The position numbers and the translations under genes were made by a program. 64,000 nt of DNA. Source: Alphaproteobacteria bacterium (GTDB lineage Bacteria; Pseudomonadota; Alphaproteobacteria; Paracaedibacterales; VGCI01). Positions 55,007 to 62,634 of this stretch are shown here, one piece after another. Where the stretch lies: the NCBI GenBank assembly GCA_019746225.1, contig JAIESE010000011.1, forward strand, positions 7 through 64,006. The letters are read 5' to 3'. The notes beneath the pieces were generated by a model, which made no database searches, was not told where the DNA came from, and was given only the letters and a program-made list of their open reading frames with translations. Numbering within the stretch: position 1 is the stretch's first letter; each line of letters opens with the position of its first letter.

Positions 55007-55641
55007 GTCAAACCTCCCTAATTCAGTATTAGCACACCCAATCAACCAATGCCCCTATATAATTTTGGCATATTTCCCATGCGGCAATAAGTTAAAAAGT
55101 ACACTTTTTAGCATATTTGTTATACCGGATTTGCAGATCATTTTGCCATCATAAATAATTGAATAATTTAAATTAAATATTTATTTTTTAAAAATCAATT
55201 TTATCCACAATTTTATTGTCTGAAGGTGTTGATTTTTAATTTCGATAGTGTTTATATAACAGGCAGCGGGATGCGTCTTAGTGTCGCACTTAAATTAAGA
55301 ACCTGACAAATTAAAACAAAAAAAGCAGGTTGCTTAATTTCCCGCCCCTATAAAACGCCAAAGACGACGAACAAATACAAGCGTTCTTATAGGGCCTAAA
55401 ATACTGAAAATAAAAAGAAAGTTGTATTTTAAATTTTTATTGCAAATACAAACAAGTTTAAGACTTAGCGTTTCACTTTTTAGTGCTCGCATTTAATTTT
55501 TAAACCTACTCCTCATTTTTGCAACAAATAAGAAAAGAAAAAGAAAATGCAATTAACTCTTGATAACAAGCCCTTTAGGAACCTGAACATGTGTGATTTT
55601 GTCGCATCTTCAATTCCTTCCCTAGTCGTCTTAAACAATCC

Positions 55642-56577
55642 ATGCAGTGGGGCGATTTGATCTCATTATTTTCAACAACCTTTGCAGCTTATTTGCCCCT
55701 CCCCTGGATGGGCACTCAAGAAACTGCGGTTGTTGTTCCTTTGTCTCCCCTCGTGATGGTCGCTGCTGCCTTTATCATCTTCCTCCTCGCATTTGCAGCT
55801 TACGCCTTGAAGATGTCTCAAAAAGTAAATCAGCTAAACCTCGCTTTGAACGTCACACAACTTGCCCTTGCAAAAGAACAAAGGATGGCCACTTTTGGCG
55901 CTCTTGCTGCTGCTGCTGCCCATGAACTTGGCTCCCCTTTGAGTACAATTTCTTTAGCGGCTAAAGACGTTTTATCGACCCTTTCTCCGGATAGCCCTCT
56001 GCGGGAAGATGCACAACTCATCGTCAGTCAAAGCGAGAGATGTGGTACAATCCTGCAAGACCTCTCCCGCAGCATGAATCCTGATCCTGAAGAGCCTCAA
56101 CAAGTGCTGCCCCTATCCGCCCTTATTGAACTTGCAGCTGGCCCTCATAAACTGCCTCACATTGAGCTGATCATTACTAAAGAGACACCAGATCCAGAGC
56201 CACTTTTCACGGTCACACCGGATATCCTCCATGGTTTGGGCAACGTTCTTCAAAATGCTTTCCAATTTGCAACCTCTAAGGTGCGTGTTACCTTACAATG
56301 GGATAAGGACCACATTGAAGCCGCCGTTCATGACGATGGTCGGGGATATCCGGAGGAGATTTTACACCGCCTTGGAGAACCAAAGCCTCATGGCAACAAA
56401 GAATCGAAGGTCGAAGGAGGCCGAAAAGGTGGCCATATGGGTCTTGGCGTCTATATTGCAAAGACTTTATTGTCGCAGCGACAAGGTGAAGTACATTTTT
56501 CAAATGACGACGGTGCTCGCTGTTTGATAAAGTGGCCTGGAAGTATCCGGGTTGTGAATTTTGAAAAGAAGGATTAG
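55642..56577 (+). CDS. RegB/PrrB/ActS-like sensor histidine kinase, N-terminally short
   Basis: 311 aa. H-box AAAAHELGSPLSTISL, the SERCGTILQDL redox-box-like Cys, and an HATPase_c domain (GLGNVLQNA, HMGLGVYI). Only ~90 aa (1-2 TM) precede the H-box. Confidence 0.8.
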   Translation: MQWGDLISLFSTTFAAYLPLPWMGTQETAVVVPLSPLVMVAAAFIIFLLAFAAYALKMSQKVNQLNLALNVTQLALAKEQRMATFGALAAAAAHELGSPLSTISLAAKDVLSTLSPDSPLREDAQLIVSQSERCGTILQDLSRSMNPDPEEPQQVLPLSALIELAAGPHKLPHIELIITKETPDPEPLFTVTPDILHGLGNVLQNAFQFATSKVRVTLQWDKDHIEAAVHDDGRGYPEEILHRLGEPKPHGNKESKVEGGRKGGHMGLGVYIAKTLLSQRQGEVHFSNDDGARCLIKWPGSIRVVNFEKKD

Positions 56578-56668
56578 GATAGCAACAGTTTAAGAGAATT
56601 AGATTTTTTTAACCACTTAAGGCCTGTTTTGGAAAGGGGCCTGAAAGATCCAAGAGAGGAATGAAACC

Positions 56669-57217
56669 ATGTCTCAAACCGACTGTACCCTCGAAAAATC
56701 ACTTCTTATCATCGATGATGATGCGCCGTTACGCGAACGCCTCGCCAAAACAATGGCCAAACGCGGCTTCACTGTGTCCACGGCAGACAGCATCGCTCAG
56801 GCCCGCGCTTCCATAAAATGGAATGTCCCCAACTACGCCATCGTTGATTTGAAATTAGGGGACGGATCCGGTCTTGAAGTGGTTGATGAAATCCATGCCG
56901 CCAACGATAAAGCCCGCGTCATTGTCTTAACCGGTTATGGGAACATCGCCACCGCCGTCACAGCCATTAAGCATGGCGCCACTGATTATTTGCCAAAACC
57001 GGCCGATGCGGATGCTATAGAACGCACCTTGATGAATATGGGACCTGACCTTCCGCCACCGCCAACCAACCCAATGTCTCCTGACCGCGTTAAGTGGGAA
57101 CATATTCAACGCATCTTCACAGAATGCGGAAATAATGTGTCAGAGACAGCGCGCCAATTGAAAATGCACCGCCGGACTCTCCAGCGCATTTTGGCCAAGC
57201 ACGCGCCACGCGGTTAA
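56669..57217 (+). CDS. regA: RegA/PrrA/ActR-type response regulator
   Basis: 182 aa. Receiver domain (LLIIDDD...VDLKLGDGSG). The highly conserved C-terminal HTH NVSETARQLKMHRRTLQRILAKHAPR is typical of RegA/ActR. Confidence 0.9.
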   Translation: MSQTDCTLEKSLLIIDDDAPLRERLAKTMAKRGFTVSTADSIAQARASIKWNVPNYAIVDLKLGDGSGLEVVDEIHAANDKARVIVLTGYGNIATAVTAIKHGATDYLPKPADADAIERTLMNMGPDLPPPPTNPMSPDRVKWEHIQRIFTECGNNVSETARQLKMHRRTLQRILAKHAPRG

Positions 57218-57246
57218 GGTGAAAACTTTTTCTTAAATCCTATAAC

Positions 57247-59931
57247 CTAATCAATACCCCCACCTTGCTTCTTCTCAAACCGCGCTTTGAATTCAGGACT
57301 TCTAAAGTCATCGGCATTGTTTATGGGCGACTGGAATTGTAGAACCCGCGAGCCTTTTCGCCACAAACTGCTCCAGGCTTTACTCATCATAATTTGGCCC
57401 TGTTGTGCATAGCTGACATCAAGGCTTGATAAATAGGCGCTATGATCCGAGATCACTTTTGTGCGAAAGCTTGCAAGCAAAGCTTTATTCAGCTCTGGTT
57501 CAGTCTCAGCGAAACCGTTGAGGCTCTCCCATTTTTGGCAGTACCAAACTAATTCTTCTCTTTCCTTATCCCAGGCCCACTGAGGTTTGTCCTCTTCGAC
57601 TTGTTGTTGGTAATCTATGATAACAGCGGCAATATGAGGCTCGGTTTCAAATCTATAGCTGTCTACATAACTAAAATAATCATCAATCGTAAATATTTTT
57701 TGCTCCTGATCAACACCCTTTTCACCCAAGGGCGATACACCACTCCCTCGCCACCTTAATCGTTCGCCAAAGATAATTTGAAATTTTGGATCCCTATAAT
57801 TATCGACAACATTGATGAGTGATTTGCCCTCTATTGCCCGCCCTACTTTACGAGCTGCACTCTTCGTAACGAGATGAATTGAATCTTGAAGTCCTTTCAA
57901 TCCAACCCAACTCGACGATTGACTGAGATAGGCACTAAAATCTGTGACGACCTTCTTTCTAAAGCTTTCAATCCATTCCTGCTTTAGGGCAGCACGATAG
58001 CCTTCTGAAACATCTGCTAAACCATCAATCATCTTCAAAATTTTCCTAAATCTTTTTAGCTCTGTTTTTTCACGTTTCCAGTCCCAATTGGAGTCTTGTT
58101 GTGAGCAATTCTCGCTACAGTTTATAATGGCAGGGCCAATTCTTTTATCTTCCTCAAACAGGGCTGTTAACACAAGATCAAGATATTCCTCAGGATTGTA
58201 AAATCTTTGGTAGGTTTGAAGGTCAATTTTATCAATATCACTAGAGCGATCTGGCTCAAAATCCCCAAGAGCAGATGATCGAGGCGTTAATAGGGGAACA
58301 CTGGGCACCAATCCAATACGAGAATCAGTTGGTTCCTCATGAAGAGGGGATACCTCGAGATGCCCCTGAGAGGATCGCAACTCACGATCATCCACCTCTC
58401 CTAACAAACTTTGTGCCTTACGCATATACCCCGTATAAATCCCAATATGCCCACGGACTTCTGTCACAGCATCACTGAAACATGGAGTTTTATCAAAGAA
58501 CTCTCCTGTAAATAGATAATCTCGCACCTTTTCTTTAGCTGAGGTTTTTAATTGATTCCAATACCCCGCTTGTCCATTAATTCTGGCGTGAACTTCTTTT
58601 TGATAGACAAATTTCAACCGAGAACGTTCTTGAAAGGCACTATACTCCGCCTCATCAATGGCGTTAAATAATTGCTCTAAAGAATCATTACGTTGAGTTT
58701 TCAATCGATGGGCTATTTTGAATTTCCAAATAAATAATTTGTTTTGGATCTGAAAGAGTGTGGTCAACAGAACTTTATAGGTATCCAAGAAATTGACTTC
58801 TTCCTCCCAAGGGTAGCTTTCTTTTGCAAGCCTTCCATTAAGAGCAAGTTGTTTGGCCATAAAGAAGTGATCTTTACGAACCGCTTCAGCAAACTTCTCT
58901 GCTCTTTCACGATCTGAGAGGGCGGGCTGCTCAACATATTCTTTTAACGATTCATAGTCTTCCTCTACCCTCCTTTGAGCAATGGCAACCAGCTCTGAAA
59001 AAGATCGAGGATCCTTAGCATCAGCAAAATAATCAGCAACAGTATTAGCGATATATTCTTGGACCCTTGAAGATCGACCAAGATTCACCCGTTGAGCGCA
59101 CGATTCTGTATGAAAGGCGGCTTGAAGTTCTAAATATAAAGCGTCAAGACTCCAAGTCGCATATTGAGTTTCAAAAGGGCTTTTCTCACCGCCTGTATTT
59201 CTTTGGTATTGAATCACCCGACAATCATCTACAATATAGTGCATCAAATCATAAAGCGATCGAAGCCCAAGAGACCGTGTCCACCAAAAGTAAAGCTCTC
59301 TTTCACTATTCACTAAGAACTGTCCCATAGTCCCATTAATTTTTATTCTATCTTCTTTTGTTATGAGTTCTGCAGCCCTAACGGCTTCTAGGCGCATTAC
59401 ATGGGCTCGCAAGCGATCAAACCCAATATCAGTCCATCGATTCGCTTGTCGTAACGCTTGCAGATATTCAAATCTCTCAAGGCGCTTTATAAAATCACCT
59501 TGTGCAATTTGAAAATCCCCTAATAGAGACCTTTTCAGGCTTTCATAGCTTTGGCTTCCCCATGAATAGAAACGATAACCCGTATGAATAAGAACCTGAT
59601 CAATGGGAGCTACATTCTCTTGAAACAAACCATCTGCTTTGCCTTTGAAGGATTCAAATGCGTCTTTTAACGTACTTTGCAAGAGCTCTGGAACCATTCC
59701 CTCGGCCATTTTCTCATCAACAACCCAAGGTCTGGGAAATACACCGATAGGAACAATATCCTTTTCATAACTGCTAATATTCAGGAAAGGCTTGTCAAAT
59801 TCACCGTGAACAACTTCACGCCGTTTCGCTTCTACCTCCATTGGAAACGTAACCCGGGGTCCTAGCTGAGGCTCACCTGACAACCCTCCAGTTATGACCC
59901 TTAAAACTTCTAGAAAAGCAAAATCAGTCAT
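57247..59931 (-). CDS. large orphan protein with internal C-terminal duplication (hypothetical)
   Basis: 894 aa. AAAGGA SD. No signal peptide and no motif I recognise. There are two degenerate ~150-190-aa repeats (EEDK...W.W.KE..EL...F[RK][KT]KV[VI][TS]D[FH]SAYLS...F[RK][DS]P[KE]F). Confidence 0.7.
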   Translation of the reverse strand: MTDFAFLEVLRVITGGLSGEPQLGPRVTFPMEVEAKRREVVHGEFDKPFLNISSYEKDIVPIGVFPRPWVVDEKMAEGMVPELLQSTLKDAFESFKGKADGLFQENVAPIDQVLIHTGYRFYSWGSQSYESLKRSLLGDFQIAQGDFIKRLERFEYLQALRQANRWTDIGFDRLRAHVMRLEAVRAAELITKEDRIKINGTMGQFLVNSERELYFWWTRSLGLRSLYDLMHYIVDDCRVIQYQRNTGGEKSPFETQYATWSLDALYLELQAAFHTESCAQRVNLGRSSRVQEYIANTVADYFADAKDPRSFSELVAIAQRRVEEDYESLKEYVEQPALSDRERAEKFAEAVRKDHFFMAKQLALNGRLAKESYPWEEEVNFLDTYKVLLTTLFQIQNKLFIWKFKIAHRLKTQRNDSLEQLFNAIDEAEYSAFQERSRLKFVYQKEVHARINGQAGYWNQLKTSAKEKVRDYLFTGEFFDKTPCFSDAVTEVRGHIGIYTGYMRKAQSLLGEVDDRELRSSQGHLEVSPLHEEPTDSRIGLVPSVPLLTPRSSALGDFEPDRSSDIDKIDLQTYQRFYNPEEYLDLVLTALFEEDKRIGPAIINCSENCSQQDSNWDWKREKTELKRFRKILKMIDGLADVSEGYRAALKQEWIESFRKKVVTDFSAYLSQSSSWVGLKGLQDSIHLVTKSAARKVGRAIEGKSLINVVDNYRDPKFQIIFGERLRWRGSGVSPLGEKGVDQEQKIFTIDDYFSYVDSYRFETEPHIAAVIIDYQQQVEEDKPQWAWDKEREELVWYCQKWESLNGFAETEPELNKALLASFRTKVISDHSAYLSSLDVSYAQQGQIMMSKAWSSLWRKGSRVLQFQSPINNADDFRSPEFKARFEKKQGGGID

Positions 59932-59952
59932 ATAAAATTATCCTTTCGTCTC

Positions 59953-60588
59953 TCACTCCATTTTTGCAGCTTGAGAAGCGACACTTCCTTTTATCGTTGC
60001 AGATTCTTGAATGATTTTTGCAACGTAATACGAATTAATCAGAAGCGGCAAGTTCTCCACAACGGCTCGAACAGTAGCGTAAGGAATGGAATAGAAACTA
60101 TCGCATGAATGAAAGAACGAGATTGCCATTCCCCCGAATGTAACCGCCCCAATCCCCCAAATGTATTTACTTGAAGTAATTCTTTGTTTAATAGAAGGCG
60201 GGTCTTGCTTAATGACACTTGATATTTGTTCCAGTTGATTCTTGAGATCCTGCTTATGGCCTGCCTCTAGCCTCGTCAGAGCCTCTTTATGTCTTTCTTC
60301 TTGAGCTTTTAAATTTTCTAACAGTGCAGCTTTAACAGTTTCAATTCTTTTCTCGTTTTCGCCTTGATTTTTGTCTAACAAACCTTTTACGAGGGCTTCA
60401 AGTTGAGGGTCTAGAACTACTGGCTTTTCTTTTTGAGGGTCTAGAACTACCGGTTTTTCTTGCTGAAGAACACCTTGTCCTCCTGCCCCACCCTCTCCTT
60501 CAACTTTCTCTACTCCCAAAAGGGGTTGCAAAAATACCATCAGAATCAAAACACCAAGCGCCGCCTTTACTGCATTTATTATTCTCAC
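59953..60588 (-). CDS. orphan membrane/secreted coiled-coil protein with 10-aa tandem repeat (hypothetical)
   Basis: 211 aa. AAGGAGG SD with a GTG start. N-terminal hydrophobic leader. Includes GEGGAGGQG and EKPVVLDPQK/EKPVVLDPQL. A coiled-coil segment and a C-terminal hydrophobic segment IWGIGAVTFGGMAISFF. Confidence 0.65.
   Translation of the reverse strand: MRIINAVKAALGVLILMVFLQPLLGVEKVEGEGGAGGQGVLQQEKPVVLDPQKEKPVVLDPQLEALVKGLLDKNQGENEKRIETVKAALLENLKAQEERHKEALTRLEAGHKQDLKNQLEQISSVIKQDPPSIKQRITSSKYIWGIGAVTFGGMAISFFHSCDSFYSIPYATVRAVVENLPLLINSYYVAKIIQESATIKGSVASQAAKME
60403..60462 (-). repeat. 2 x 30-bp direct tandem repeat inside the CDS
   Basis: ttgagggtctagaactactggcttttcttt / ttgagggtctagaactaccggtttttcttg, 27/30 identical. 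In frame (10 aa per unit). Confidence 0.9.
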
Positions 60589-60624
60589 AAGAACCTCCTT
60601 TTCCTAAAACACGCTTTTCATATT

Positions 60625-62427
60625 TCAATCACACACAATCCCGTTGGCCTTCGCATACTCAAGCAATTGGGGTCGAATGCTTGGCTGTGCAGGGATACAA
60701 ACATCATTCACAAAATCCGAAACCTCAATGTGGGTCATGCTTCGAATCATGTTTTTAACAAGCGGCACAGAAGCCGCGGACATAGATAAGGTTTGATACC
60801 CAAGACCAATGAGGGCCAAAGCTTCCAAAGGTCGGCCAGCCATTTCCCCACAGATGCTCAACGGGATTTGGGCGGCTTCACACTGATTTTGAATCAACTT
60901 CAAGAAGCTTAAAAATGTGGGCGACAACACGTCGTACTGTGCAGACATTTTGGGGTGCTCTCGATCAATGCCATAAAAAAATTGTAACAAATCATTACTG
61001 CCAACAGATAAGAAATCTACATGCGGAAACAACTGTGACAACTGGCAAACAAGGGAAGGTACTTCAATCATCGCGCCCAATCGAATGGATGTTGGAATCG
61101 GCTTTCCTTTATCACTCTCTTGCGCCATTTCATCTTCAAGGACATCTCGTGCGGCTTTAATTTGGCTCACCTCAGCAACCATTGGCAACATCAGCGTAAG
61201 CTCGCGGCCGGCACTGGCCCGAATGAGGGCTCTCAACTGATGTCTGAGCAAAGTTGGGCGATCAAGAATTGCGGCTGTTGTTCTCTTGACCATACTTGGG
61301 TTTTCAGATTTGACACGTTCGAGGTAGGGTAATACTTTATCCCCTCCAACATCCAAAGTTCGAAAAACAACAGGGTAAGTGCCGCTGCGATTTAAAATTT
61401 CTCGATACAACTTTGTCTGCTCTGCAACATTAGGGAGTTTGGGTTGCATCATAAAAGGAATTTCGGTTCGATAGAGACCCACCCCTTCGGCACCTGCCGC
61501 CTCAATGTAATCAACATCTTCCACCAAGCCAGCATTTAACTGCAAAGAAATCGAAACGCCATCCAAAGTGCAGGCGAACAAGCCGGCCATGGTTTCGCCC
61601 TGTAAATCACGGGTGCGCTGCTTATTTCTCAAGGTTTTTGTATCATATCGACGCAAAATCTCTTCGGGGGGACGAATAAATACGTACCCCTCATTTCCAT
61701 CCACAAGAATTGAATCCCCTGGATTTATTTCACACAAAAAATCCTTCATACCACCTACAACAGGAATCTCTAAGGATCGAGCCACAATGGCGACATGAGA
61801 CGTCTGGGATTGTTCTACAAGAAGGAGTCCCGCAAGGCGTTCTCGGTCATATTCCAACAACTCAGCAGGCCCTATGCGGTCAGCCACAAGAATCATTGGG
61901 TAATCCCACTTGCCGCGCTCAAAACTCTTCGTGCTCCCTGTCAAATATCGCTTTAAGCGAAAAGAAAGATCTTCAAAATCAATAATCCGAGCATGCCACA
62001 GAGACTGCTTTCCCTTCTTGGTGAATTTCTCTTGGATTGACTCCATCGTCCGATCAACCGCATCTAAAGCCGACAATCCATCTTGCACTTTTTCTCGCAG
62101 TTGACGCTGCCAACCTGGGTCATTGGCAAGGAGTAAGTAGACATCCAGGATTTCGCGTGATTCAACTTCAAATTGGATTGGGGACATCGAAATCGATTGC
62201 CTAAATATAAGAGACTGAATTTCATCAGTTAAATGTGTCAAAGCGCGTTCCAGACGAAACAATTCTTTTTCTTTAGATTTTCCTTTGAATTCATGCCGAT
62301 CCGCTGGATTCTTCGCTCCTTCAGAATGATGGATGACCGCCCGGCCTAAACCAACACCTGTATTGAGGCTGATCCCCTCCACTTCATGGGGGAGTGAGAC
62401 CCACTTTTCAGCGCTATTGTCTGTCAT
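60625..62427 (-). CDS. ptsP: phosphoenolpyruvate--protein phosphotransferase (PTS enzyme I; no GAF domain)
   Basis: 600 aa. AGGGAG SD. Phospho-His region SQTSHVAIVARSLEIPVV. PEP-utilizer TIM barrel (GLYRTEIPFM, FLSVGSNDLLQF). The N-terminus starts directly with the EI N-domain. Confidence 0.88.
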   Translation of the reverse strand: MTDNSAEKWVSLPHEVEGISLNTGVGLGRAVIHHSEGAKNPADRHEFKGKSKEKELFRLERALTHLTDEIQSLIFRQSISMSPIQFEVESREILDVYLLLANDPGWQRQLREKVQDGLSALDAVDRTMESIQEKFTKKGKQSLWHARIIDFEDLSFRLKRYLTGSTKSFERGKWDYPMILVADRIGPAELLEYDRERLAGLLLVEQSQTSHVAIVARSLEIPVVGGMKDFLCEINPGDSILVDGNEGYVFIRPPEEILRRYDTKTLRNKQRTRDLQGETMAGLFACTLDGVSISLQLNAGLVEDVDYIEAAGAEGVGLYRTEIPFMMQPKLPNVAEQTKLYREILNRSGTYPVVFRTLDVGGDKVLPYLERVKSENPSMVKRTTAAILDRPTLLRHQLRALIRASAGRELTLMLPMVAEVSQIKAARDVLEDEMAQESDKGKPIPTSIRLGAMIEVPSLVCQLSQLFPHVDFLSVGSNDLLQFFYGIDREHPKMSAQYDVLSPTFLSFLKLIQNQCEAAQIPLSICGEMAGRPLEALALIGLGYQTLSMSAASVPLVKNMIRSMTHIEVSDFVNDVCIPAQPSIRPQLLEYAKANGIVCD

Positions 62428-62634
62428 TTATGACTCCCTTGAACGAGGTGCCACGACCTTTGCCTTTGTTTCCCTGCCTGTCGGACTCAAGTTCATATTC
62501 ACTTTACCATAAATTTTAACAAATCTTGAGCAATTCTTTAAGATATGCTCTAAGAATCCTTGTAACACGATTGGTTGATTCCTATATAACAACTATAAAG
62601 GTTATTTGTATTGAGTTAAATGATGGAGGTAAAA

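Noticed and set aside
55046-55641. Possible ncRNA or degraded regB 5' portion in the 600-bp AT-rich gap
   Set aside because: I found only weak, isolated inverted repeats (e.g. aacctg...caggtt) and no conserved RNA motif. The 37-aa upstream ORF's NKPF is not the GGxxNPF motif. I report the region as a finding to check and not as a feature.
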